DNA from: Octopus vulgaris
Taxonomy: Eukaryota
Direction: 5' to 3'
Assembly: GCA_951406725.2 (NCBI GenBank)
Contig: OX597814.1
Coordinates: 67,952,001-68,016,000, forward strand
DNA length: 64,000 bases
The notes under the pieces are model-generated. The model made no database searches. It saw only the letters and a list, made by a program, of their open reading frames with translations, and was not told the DNA's origin. Shown here piece after piece: positions 41,345 through 52,552 of the stretch. Each line of letters starts with the position of its first letter. The stretch's first letter is position 1. Made by a program: the position numbers and the translations under genes.

Positions 41345-41897
41345 GGTGACTGTCCCCTCGTTATCGAGTATGGCCTTGCAAGAAGCTTAATCAATGTTGT
41401 TATCGTGCAATGCCTGTGCAAGACGATTTTTTTTTAAGTGAGGAAAGGCTGTGCACTGAGTCAATCCCACTCACTAAGCAACAGCAGCCATAATCCGAAA
41501 AGAACAAGTCAACATAATCGGTAACCACTGAGCCGCAGGTTTTATGTCGGAGTTCTCCCAGTTACCTGAGTTACCTTCTCCTAGAAGGATGCCCTAACAA
41601 AGGCTAGGAGTACTTCACTCCCAATGGTTTAACCGCGCGATCGGGTATTCAGTCCGATTATTTCTATGTCCTCGCGCATGATACAGCCTTAAGACATTTA
41701 TTGGATGGCCGTTGACTCTCAAGAGTTCCTTCACCCTTTGACGGGTTTTGTTTTTCATTCCGCAGGGTGTCCAATAAACACCCTCCTCACCAAGCACGCT
41801 TGGCGGGGTTGCCGGTTTAGTCGCTGACGACCAGACTATGAAACAGGTTGTACCGGGTTACATGTTACCAGTAGCACTCGAAAGTGACCTGGCCTGA
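41345..41897 (-). mobile_element. Non-autonomous RTE derivative (5'UTR-like body joined to an RTE 3' end)
   Basis: Its 3' end attaagcttcttgcaaggccatactcgataacgaggggacag matches the RTE 3' end at 62402-62445. The body has an RTE 5'UTR-like gggcatccttctaggagaaggtaactc. Flanked by (CATA)n. Confidence 0.78.
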
Positions 41898-41935
41898 CAT
41901 ACATACATACATACATACATACATACATACATACA

Positions 41936-41966
<31 letters not shown>

Positions 41967-42086
41967 TTGTAATGAGTATTTACAACAGTGTGATGAACCA
42001 ACACACTTGGCAGGTTAACGCCTGTCTATATGCGCTGGCTACTATTGTAAAACAGTACATGAATGATATTCAGAAATAAACCTGTC

Positions 42087-42328
42087 GAGGCGCGTGACTT
42101 AGTGGTTAGAGTGTTAGCATCATGATCGTAAGATTGTGGTTTCGATTCCTGGACTGGGTGACGCGTTGTGTTCTTGAGCAAAACACTTCATTTCACGTTG
42201 CTCCAGTCCACTCAGCTAGCAAAAATCAGTAACGCTGCGATGTACTGGCATCCCGTCCAACTGAGGAACACATACGCCATAGAAACAGGGAAACCGGGCC
42301 CATGAGCCAGGCTAGGCTTTAAAAAGGG
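42087..42328 (+). mobile_element. tRNA-derived SINE (CORE-like and Meta-like domains)
   Basis: A box tgacttagtgg, B box gtttcgattcc, gtgttcttgagcaaaacactt core and gcgatgtactggcatcccgtcca. Confidence 0.8.
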
Positions 42329-42336
42329 TGCAATGT

Positions 42337-42409
42337 GGAGGTGCAATAGCCCAGTGGTTAGGGCAGTGGACTCGCGGTCGGAGGATCGCGGTTCCGATTC
42401 CCAGACTGG
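42337..42409 (+). mobile_element. Isolated tRNA-like SINE head
   Basis: tagcccagtggttag...ggttccgattccc; no acceptor stem closure. Confidence 0.6.
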
Positions 42410-42417
42410 TACTTTAT

Positions 42418-42583
42418 AGGCGCAGGGGTAGCTGTGTGGTAAGTAGCTTGCTTACCAACCACGTGGTTCCGGGTTCAGTCCCACTGCGTGGCCCATTGGG
42501 CAAGTGTCTTCTACTATAGCCTCGGGCCTACCAAAGCCTTGTGAGTGGATTTGGTAGACGGAAACTGAAAGAAGCCCGTCGTA

Positions 42584-42635
<52 letters not shown>

Positions 42636-43136
42636 TGACTCTCTTTCTCTCTTCTCTCCTCCTCTCTCTCCTTACATACCCACCTTCCCCTCCCCCACAT
42701 ACCCACCTCTACCCCCACCCGTGCTTTCTCCACTCTCGCCTCCCCCACCCCAACATCACATCACAACACACCACCCACACACCCATCCCCACATCTTCAC
42801 ATCTACACATACATACACACATACATCCAGACCACCAGCCCTCTTTCACACGCACATACATACTCTCTTACACACGCACGCATCTTTGTGTTGGGGGTCC
42901 TCTTTACCTTGTTATCTCCCCTACTTTCCTTCTCGTGTTTGACCCTTCTGTCCGGCACTAGTCGCCATGATAGATCGTTAGCCACAACACGCATTTTTTT
43001 TCTCTCCGTGTATCTTTCTGTAGAAGAGCGTAGGCTCGAAACGTAAAAGACTTTTTCTATTCCTGAGCGTTATACTAATACATCTGTTTGTTTAGTACAC
43101 CACCTATCTTCGTCTTTCGTTTTTTTCGTAAACTCT

Positions 43137-43192
<56 letters not shown>

Positions 43193-43418
43193 ATATGTTT
43201 GTGTGTCTGTGTTTGTCCCCTCCCCAACATCGCTTGACAACTGATGCTGGTGTGTTTACGTCCCCGTAACTTAGCGGTTGACTAAAGAGACCGATAGAAT
43301 AAGTACTAGGCTTATAAAGAATAAGTCCTGGGGTCGAGTTGCTCGATCGACTAAAGGCGGTGCTTCAGCATGGCCACAGTCAAATGAGTGAAACAAGTAA
43401 AAGAGTAAAAGAGTAAAA
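42418..43418 (+). mobile_element. tRNA-derived SINE split by an insertion into its internal (TA)n
   Basis: Head at 42418-42582 (gggttcagtccc B box), tail at 43190-43418 ending in (gtaaaaga)n. Same family on the minus strand at 47735-48192 and 56135-56495. Confidence 0.82.
42633..43140 (+). mobile_element. Probably Penelope-derived short repeat with a minimal hammerhead-like motif (43013-43050); deleted copy at 24486-24610
   Basis: tcttt-CTGTAGAA-gagc gtag gctc-GAAA-cg-TA-aaaga. Flanking text is shared with 24486-24610. Inserted in (TA)n. Confidence 0.6.
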
Positions 43419-44625
43419 CCGAAATAACAAAGAAAGTACCATCATGGGTTTTAAAGACAGAAAAAAGATAATTGGTTTACGGATGACCATCAGTCATGTA
43501 ATGATGCTTTTTGCATGCAAACAAGCAAATCACTACACGTCCAACCAACTGAAAGTAAAGGAGATAGAAATGATGTTTGGAGACAGTAAAAAGGGGACTT
43601 ACACTTGTAACTGACTACCCAAAAGTAGGAGTTAAAAGCTGTCAGTGAAAAACTCCGACATCAGAAGAGAATAACCAAGAGAAGAACAATAAGCAAAATA
43701 TTTAACCGCAACCAGGCAGCAGTATACAGAGACATGAGTGGAGGAGCAGTAAACATCACGGAAGCTCTTTCACGAGAAGACATAGACTCATTCTGGAAGA
43801 AAATCTGGAGTGAAGAGAAGGAATTTAACCAAGATGCTTTGTGGCTGGAAGAAATCCGAAAAAGTTATTGCTCCTGCGTTACATACAAGACATATAACAC
43901 TGATGGTGAAACTCTTGCAACTGTGATACAGAAACTCCAGGATGGAAAAGCTCTTGGAAGAGACTTGATTGTTGGATATTGGTAGAAGAAGCTAACCTTC
44001 TACCGACGATACCTTATCAATCTGTACCGGCAAGCTTTCATTGGGAACAGTATCGTATCGCACTGACTAGCTCTGGCAGAGACAAAATTGATCCCCAAAT
44101 GCAGAAATCCGTTGGAAGGATAATCCTGAGGACAAAGAAATAAAAAAAATACCACAATATGGAATACTGGTGGAATGTACTAGTGAAGACCTCAATAAAA
44201 TGTAAGCACAAGAGAAACTGCACAGTTGGAGAAATTAGCTGCCCAGCGGATGTTAATATAAAGCTGAAGATCAGTGATGCTGAACTATTGAGAAATCTAT
44301 AGTTACTCTATCCAAATTACAAGTTCAGGTTTAATTCTTGGGGCCCTGGGATATGTAACACATAACTGCCTACATACCAGTTTTGTAACTGCTTACATAC
44401 CAATCTTGAGAAATTAGGCTTCTCAAAACCAGAAAGATAGTTAATTCGAAGGCTACAGATCCAATCCATTACTGGATCTGTAAAAATCTGTAAAACTTTC
44501 CAGAGGTTTGCCATTTAAATGTATATGAGCATATCTAGAAGGAACCTTGGATCTAGGTTAGAAACTGGTTCTTTCTCTATCCGCAAGAAAACTTGAAATA
44601 AACTGGATAATGACATACATACATG
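43419..44625 (+). mobile_element. Highly deleted Dong/R4-like element
   Basis: FWKKIWSEEK.FN..A.WL, KALGRDLIVGYW and EISCPADVN. The 3' part is shared with 57410-58045 and 55140-55660. Confidence 0.75.
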
Positions 44626-44735
<110 letters not shown>

Positions 44736-44893
44736 TAGAAGTCACATTGTATAGCCTGGACTCGCAGAACTAGGGATTTATGCAGTCATTTTGGCAAGCT
44801 ACTGCATTCTCAGACTCCATTTCCTGAGCGCCTATTAATAATAATACTGTAATTGTTCCATTGTTGTTATTTTTTTGTTTTCCCGTTTGGATT

Positions 44894-44931
<38 letters not shown>

Positions 44932-45300
44932 ATAAAAATGGTAAGACAACAAAAGAATGAAAGAGACCTCGATATTATGTAAATAGAGGAATTTATCTGT
45001 AAATGCTATACTTGACAATTATTAGGTAGCCATGATATGTATACATACATAAATACATATATATATATATAATTATAATTAAGGGTTATTTGCAACAAGT
45101 TGCTTAAACCACATACCGAAAATATTAGAAATAGCAGCCAAATAGGTTACCATTACTATTACTACAAAAATAAGTCTCCACAAACAAACAGAATTTGTAA
45201 CCCGTATATATATGTATAAGTAAGGTTATATATGCATATATGTATCTAAGACGTTGTATCCATTCACCGTTAGACGGTGGTGAGTGGGACAAACGCATAT

Positions 45301-45441
<141 letters not shown>

Positions 45442-45741
45442 AGTGTGTGTGTGTGTCTATATATATTTATATGTATGTATGTGTGTGTGTGTGTGTGTGT
45501 GTGTATACAACCTTCATCAAAGTAATAGCCATGTATACAACTTGAACAGACACATATCAGTATATAAACATATGTTTTACATGTACATACACACAGACAT
45601 GTCTACACGCTTACCTAAATACTCACGTATATACATAAGTACATACGTACATACATGCATACCTACATACATACATGCATACATACATACATACATACAT
45701 ACATACATACATACATACATACATACGTACGTACATACATA

Positions 45742-47367
45742 CCGTAAATCCTCGAGTACAGTCCGCCCTTGAGTATATAATACGCAGGGAATTTTTAGGG
45801 GGCTGTACCTCTGAAAAACGTAAATCTTTTGTATAATACGCACCCCTTCTCTAACTTGAGACAAGTAGGTGTATATAACGTCCTTAGTTTGTAAAAATGT
45901 ATACTGTAACGTCCTTTATTGTTATTATTATTATTATATATATAACATAATGCAAACGTGTAGCTTTTCTGTGCATTTTGTTTGCAGAAAATAAAGAAAT
46001 ATCAGTAATAACGTCAGTGAAAAATAAATATTAAGTAAATTGCCTTTACATATTTATCACTATCAGTTACAAAAGCAAAAGGAAAAACATTTATTCAAAT
46101 CCTTTAAATTCAACGTCACTTTTAGCATCAAATAACTGTTCCATTTGTTCCTCCGTAAACATGTCAGCATCATTGTAGTGTAAATCTCCGTCATCGTCAG
46201 ATTCATAGTCAACATCATTTATTTCATCATTTCATCATTTCATTTATTCCATCTTTCCGTACAACATCATCCCGAGTACCATCCAGTGCAGACGATATAC
46301 AACATTTGATAAAACTTTTTACAATAATCTGGGGATCAAGTTCATTCCATGCATGCACGATTCAATTGCATATCAAGGTCAGATCGGGAGCGCGAACCCT
46401 CCCACCTTTAGTGAACGACTTTATGCTTTGACATAAAGTTACTGGGCCACCCAAGTGATGCTTTAAATTCTGACTCATTTTGCCTGTAGCCTCAAATGCA
46501 CTGTATTAATTGGCTATTCCACCAAGTCTTCTTTCCTCTACTCATTGAAGCAAAATTTTTTTCAAGCTCACGATGTTTGGCTTTTTTCCCCCTTCTTGCC
46601 TTCTTTATCTTTGGCATCTGTTTAATTTCATCATTATTTCTTCTCCATAACCTGACATTGCTTTCGTCAACATCAAATTTTCTTCCGGCGGCCCTATTAC
46701 CATGCTCTTCAGCATATGATATAACTTCAAGTTTAAACATAGCTGAATGAGATCTGCGAGGCATTTTATGGGCATGTAATGTATAAAATGTTTTATTGGG
46801 GATTAATATACAGGTTTAAGTCCCGCTTATAAAAAAACCCTAGTAAACACCCACAGTAGTTCAAACATTTAATACTGGTATTTAATTAAGTATCTATTGT
46901 TTGCCACGGTGATGATGCAAACTGCCAATACAAACAGCAGGATTAACTATTTAGCACTAAACTATTAAGCACAATTCGTGCGAAAATTCAGCCAGCAGCA
47001 CCCAGTCGAACAAACACTTCCACGCATGCGTAATACAATAATGGTGATATTCTTAACTGTAATATGGGAATGTAAATATGTTTGCAAATTGTTTTTTTTA
47101 CATGTTATTCTGTGTTCTAAATAATTTTATTTTAATAAATGTTGCTTACTGCAAGTTATGGATGATTCTTTAATGCCTTCATTGCTTTCAAGCTTAGCTT
47201 AAGGACATCACAAAATGCCTCTGAATAAACATTGCCGAACAGCAAATAAAGACTCGGACATTGCTTAGCAAATATTTTTCATTTTTAACCTCGTATATAG
47301 TACGCACTAGGGATGTTGACCTTTAAATTTTTTGGAAAAAATGTGAATTATACTCGAGGATTTACGG
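45742..47367 (-). mobile_element. Internally deleted pogo-superfamily transposon (POGK-like, Brinker-type DNA-binding domain)
   Basis: TA-CCGTAAATCCTCGAGTA...TACTCGAGGATTTACGG-TA. ORF 46492-46764 reads FKLEVISYAEEHGNRAAGRKFDVDESNVRLWR; the C-terminal piece reads AWNELDPQIIVKSFIKCCISSALDG. The DDE core is missing. Confidence 0.92.
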
Positions 47368-47734
47368 TACATACATACATACATACATACATACATGCAT
47401 ATAGGTATGCACACATGCATACGCATGTACACATATACAAACACACATACATGTACACACACATACATACATATGCACATAAATACGTACCTATATATCA
47501 TGAACTAACTGTTACTTTCTCAGATGCAGCACAGAAGTTTGTCAGTGAACAGGCCGCAATCTGAAAGCGACGAAAATATTTTGGCAAATTAAATTTAAAT
47601 GTTGAAGTGAATCTAACGGTTTTTGTGTGTTTCTTAAATGGCTTATAAACACCTTCCACGCTACAATTGTTTTCGTTCCAGCACACGATCTCAGATCAGG
47701 TCACTTGCTGTGCAAGTACATCTCCGTAATATAT

Positions 47735-47954
47735 ATATGTTCTTTTATTCTTTTATTTCTTTCAGTCACTTGACTATGGCTATGCTTGAACACCGCCTGT
47801 AGTCGAACAAATCGACCCCAGGACTTATTCTTTGTAAGCCTAGTAATTATTCTATCAGTTTCTTTTGCCGAACCGCTAGCTTACGAGGTCGTAAACACAC
47901 CAACATCAATTGTCAAGCGATGGTGATGGGGACAAACACAGACACACAAACACA

Positions 47955-48031
<77 letters not shown>

Positions 48032-48192
48032 ATATAACGGACTTCTCTCAGTTTCCGTCTACCAAATCTACTCCCAAGGCTTTGGTTGGACCGAGGCTAT
48101 AGCAGAAAACACTTGCCCAAGGCGCCACGCAGTGGGACTGAATCCAGAACCATGTGGTTGGGAAGCAAGCTTCTTACCACGCTTGCGCCTAT
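47735..48192 (-). mobile_element. tRNA-derived SINE with internal microsatellite
   Basis: Reverse complement of the 42418-43418 family. Confidence 0.82.
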
Positions 48193-48257
48193 ATATATTA
48201 TATATATATATATACACACAGCATACGAATACTTAGATATATGCACGTAAACATGTA

Positions 48258-49398
48258 CAGGGGTTGGACAAAATAATGGAAGCACCTAGCATCATAGCAT
48301 CATAATTTTGAAATATGTATAAAACCGTCAAAAGCATGTTTATTTTTATGTTTTTTGATTTAATATGTTTTGCTAAAATTGCTGTTACTTTTCAGATATC
48401 ACCAGGAAAAGGTAATTAAAATTCATTAAAATGACAGATCTATTGGACTTTCAAAAAGGTCAATTTGTTGATGATCGTATGGCAGGCGCTAGCGTAACGA
48501 AAACAGCTGAAATGTTTGGTGTATCAAGAAGCACTGTCTCGAATGTAACAACAGCCTTTGAGAAAGAGGGAAAACCCTCTTCGTCGAAATAAAACTCCAG
48601 AAAGGGACGGTGGGATTCTTACGCGAATTGTCAGAAAGGATCACAAAAATTCTGCTTCCCAAAATTACTGCAGAGTTTAATGACCACCTTGAGAGCCCAG
48701 TTTCCACAAAAAATGTTCGCCGGGAGCTGCACAAAGCCGGATTTCACAGGAGGACTACAATCAGAAAACCACTACTTTCAGAAACAAACGTCTTATACCT
48801 TATTTCCGACCACCGGCCGAGTATACGTGTGGAGACAGCCAAAAGAAGCATTTGACCCAGACTGCCTTCTTCCAACTGATAAACATGGAGGAGGATCTGT
48901 GATGATCGGGGGGGGGGGGGGCTATATCTCGGAAATCCGCCGGCCTAACTGTTACCCTTCATGGCAGACTTAATAGTCAAGACTGTTCAAGCATTATATC
49001 TGATCAAATTAATCCTATGTTTGCGGAACTGTTTCCGGAGGGAAACGCAATCTTTCAGGATGATAATGCACCAATTCACACAACTAAAGCATGAGGAACA
49101 TTCAAGTGAAGTTGAACATTTTATCTGGCCACTACAGTTCCCAGATCTCAATATTATTGAAAATTTAGGGTGCATTTTAGAAAAACAAATATCCTCCACC
49201 ATCATCACTGGAAAAATTGGAGACTGTTTTAGTTGAAGAATGGACAAAAATTCCTTTGGAAACAATTCAAATCCCCAATAAAACATTTTATACCTCATAG
49301 AATTCAAGCTGTAATTACTGCTAAAGGCAGTCCTACCCCATTTTAAAATAAATTTGTTTGAAATTTTAAGGTGTTTCCATTATTTAGTCCAATCCCTG
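48258..49398 (+). mobile_element. Tc1-family transposon, decayed
   Basis: TA-CAGGGGTTGGACAAAATAATGGAA...TTCCATTATTTAGTCCAATCCCTG-TA; AEMFGVSRSTVS, KHGGGSVM, FQDDNAPIH and WP.Q.PDLNIIEN. Confidence 0.92.
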
Positions 49399-49470
49399 TA
49401 TATATGTGCACGTATATACCAGACTAATTCATTTGTCCGTCTTACACCATATGCTAAATGGCCAAAATAT

Positions 49471-49505
<35 letters not shown>

Positions 49506-50199
49506 GTATGTATGTAAATATGTATATTTATGTGTATGCTTCGGCATGCATGTATGCATACATGTATATATGCATGTATGCTCGTAAATTAAGACTCAGT
49601 TGATGATTCGCTATGCTGCTTCTCACAGTTTAACGCATGTGTATTACGTATACGCAACAGTTAGAGGAATTTTCGTTAATCGATCTAAGCTGTCAAACCA
49701 TATTCAGGCTCGAGACATCATTACTTCTGACTGGACCGCTATGGTCTAAGGATGAGTACCAAGTCCAGACGTGTGAATATCAAGAGGTGGCTTACTCTGT
49801 GACGTTTGTTGATGTTTTTGGTCATTTAATTGAAGTGATAGACTGTGGCTTTTGGGCACATAGATGCTGCCCGAAAAAGTTTCTACAGTGATGACAACTA
49901 GATTATACCACTAATCACCGATTAAATTATATTACTGATTGCTTTTATATCTGAAAATGTTTAAATACTCTTGTTACATGAATCACTGAAATATGAAGTG
50001 GCTTTCGAGATTATTTTTGTCGCAGATTTCTTTGTAATTTCTTTTTAAAGCGTTCAGAGATATTATACAAGTGTTTTGAAAAGGGAAAATCGTCTCAGTG
50101 GGCAGGTAAAGGCTTTCTGTAGTCACAAGTTGGGTGGTGGTGGTGGTGGTGGTGATGGTAAAGTGAGCGTTTATATGTGTGTATTTTCCGTTGAAGTAT

Positions 50200-50895
50200 G
50201 TGATCTGGGATGCGATCTTATATCCGAGAAGGAAGAGGCAAAGTCGATTCTGATCTTAATGCTATTGGTGTTGAAGTATTTGTACTTGTGTCGGCGGAAA
50301 ATGTTATAAGTTTCTGACTACAATTATTGGCTAAGATATATTGGATTGTGGATTAAACAATCTTGGTTTCTTCATGATTTTCCAAGATATGCGGAGATTA
50401 TGTTGTATTTGTAGAGGTATTTGTATACTAGCTTATTACCACTACTAAAAGCATTACTAGTTAGCGCAACGTTATAAAAAAATAGATCCGTAGGCCATCT
50501 CGTCATGTTCAAGTTTTAGTCTCAAGTTAAAAACAAAAGTTTTCTATCCGATCCAAAGGTTTTTAAAAGGTAACACTTTAAAAAGGTAATTAGGAATAGT
50601 TAGTAAGAATATTACCAACTCTTTTAATTTCAAAACTAAAAGTACTACGAGACCACAGCAAGAGAAATGTGTTGCTGACATCATTAAGAAGTTTCCTATT
50701 ATCGAAACAAGAAAGAGATTCATCCAATTCAATACTGAACTTGATATTAAGAATTTATATATATTTTCTCAAAAAATAATTCAAAAGTTAATTAATTTTG
50801 TTTGGTAAAAGAATAGAATATACAAGATGAAGCCGTACAGTTTAGTTGGAGAATGAATTGTAAATATGGGTAAATTTGGCATCCCTTCACTTTAA
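50200..50895. mobile_element. Probable Penelope-like fragments in opposite orientations
   Basis: Minus about 50230-50380: HFPP..KYKYFNTNSIKI-like. Plus about 50585-50800: GIVSKNI and FIQF..LDIKNLY, resembling PLE RT motifs. Very decayed. Confidence 0.45.
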
Positions 50896-52396
50896 ACACA
50901 CTGAACAGAATTGGCTGCAATTTGCAATTTAGACAAGGACAATGTTGAACGCTAGAAATAAGCTGTCGTATCACGACGAGTCCAAAAAGAAGGTAGTCAG
51001 TTGTTTGTCATCTCTATAAAGAACTATGACATCACTGAGAAGGCCAGTCTCATGAGATTGTTAATTTTTTGTTTTTTCGGACTAATTTGTCTCTTGAGAT
51101 GACACATGTGGGGTTTTTATTTCAACATGTAGTCTATTTTTTTGTCTTATATTTTATGAAACTATAACCTCTTTCATTTATAAGCATTTTTTGTTTTATA
51201 TTATATGTATATACAAACTCTTTCGTTTGTAAACATAAAGGGGTGAGTTTAAGGCGAGGGTTTACCAATAAGTAAGAGCTTAGAAATGAATATCTTGTGC
51301 GAGTTCCCTTCTTAGGGAGACTAGCCATTTGATAAATAGTTATTAATTAAACAACAGGATCGATACAATCGACTAAAACGCCCATGAGTGTGCGCCAGTA
51401 TAGCCGTAATCCAATAACTGCAACTGGTGAAAGAACGTTCGTTATTCTCAGACCTCGTAAAAGTGTTGTGAAAATAAGAATTGTGGAAAGCCAAATATGA
51501 TCCAGTGATAATTTTGTTATTCATTTTCCATCAAAATTAAAGGAAAATACAAAGCCCATGAGCCGAAGTTAAATATATTATTGTCTATGCTTTTAAAATT
51601 GTAGTTTGTTTTGCATAGTATTGCTGTATCGCAAATGTTTTGTCAAAAAACTGTACTAAAGCATTAATTGTAAAATGAGGATTAACTTTCCTTCTAGATA
51701 CTTTGGGACGTAAATTGATAAAACTTTTAGTAAACGGAAACTGACCCAAACTGTAAAACTGCATTATTCCTAAATAGATATTCTTCCTATGTTTCTACGT
51801 AATACCATATAAAGTTTCAAACAAACTATATACAATACATATAAAACTTGTATTCATTCATTTAGTGTAGACAACCATTCTTCATTGTTATCTTTTCTCT
51901 TGCATTTCATATTTTCCTTTTGTATATGCATTGTGCATGTCTCTTGCTTCTGCTTTACAATTTATAAAATCAGAATATGGCAGTTATTCCCAAGGTTTTA
52001 GTAGCTTTTACGTTTATATCTTCTATTCCGTTATTTTGCATTCCTGGGAAAATATTTATTGCGTCGTATTGTATAATTGCTTGAATCGAACAACAGTTTG
52101 AGAAGTAAAACAGATGTTGCATTAAAAGGAGAATAACGGGATTTAAAATTTATCGATGGTATTTCTAATGACATGAGGAAATGAAAGATTCTGTAAAATG
52201 TAAATCAATCTAGTAATGCGAGTGGGGTCGATGTGAGAGGGTAGAAAATATGTAAATAAAGTAAAACAGGAAAATGAATTGTTCATATGTCTCTGCTCAA
52301 CTGGCAGATGATGAGTAGAGACCTAGCTTAAAAGATTAATAATTAATCTCGAACATAACCACCGATGAAATGAATCATTTAGGCTTCAGGTAAATG

Positions 52397-52552
52397 CTTG
52401 ATATTAAGAATTTTTATAAATTTTCTCAAAAAATGATTTAAAAGTTAATTAATTTTGTATTGTAAAAGAATAGATTATACAAGTTAAATCTGTACAGTAT
52501 TAGTTAGAGAATGAATTGTAAATATGGATAATGATTCGCATACTTTCATTTT
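52397..52552 (+). repeat. Direct repeat of about 155 bp, copy of 50740-50893
   Basis: cttgatattaagaattt...aaaagttaattaattttg...gagaatgaattgtaaatatgg occurs in both. Confidence 0.9.

Noticed and set aside
42087-42500. tRNA-like sequences
   Set aside because: A and B boxes are present but there is no complete cloverleaf, and they continue into SINE bodies.
46492-46764. Domesticated POGK-like gene
   Set aside because: Enclosed by intact TIRs and TA TSDs, with the catalytic domain deleted.
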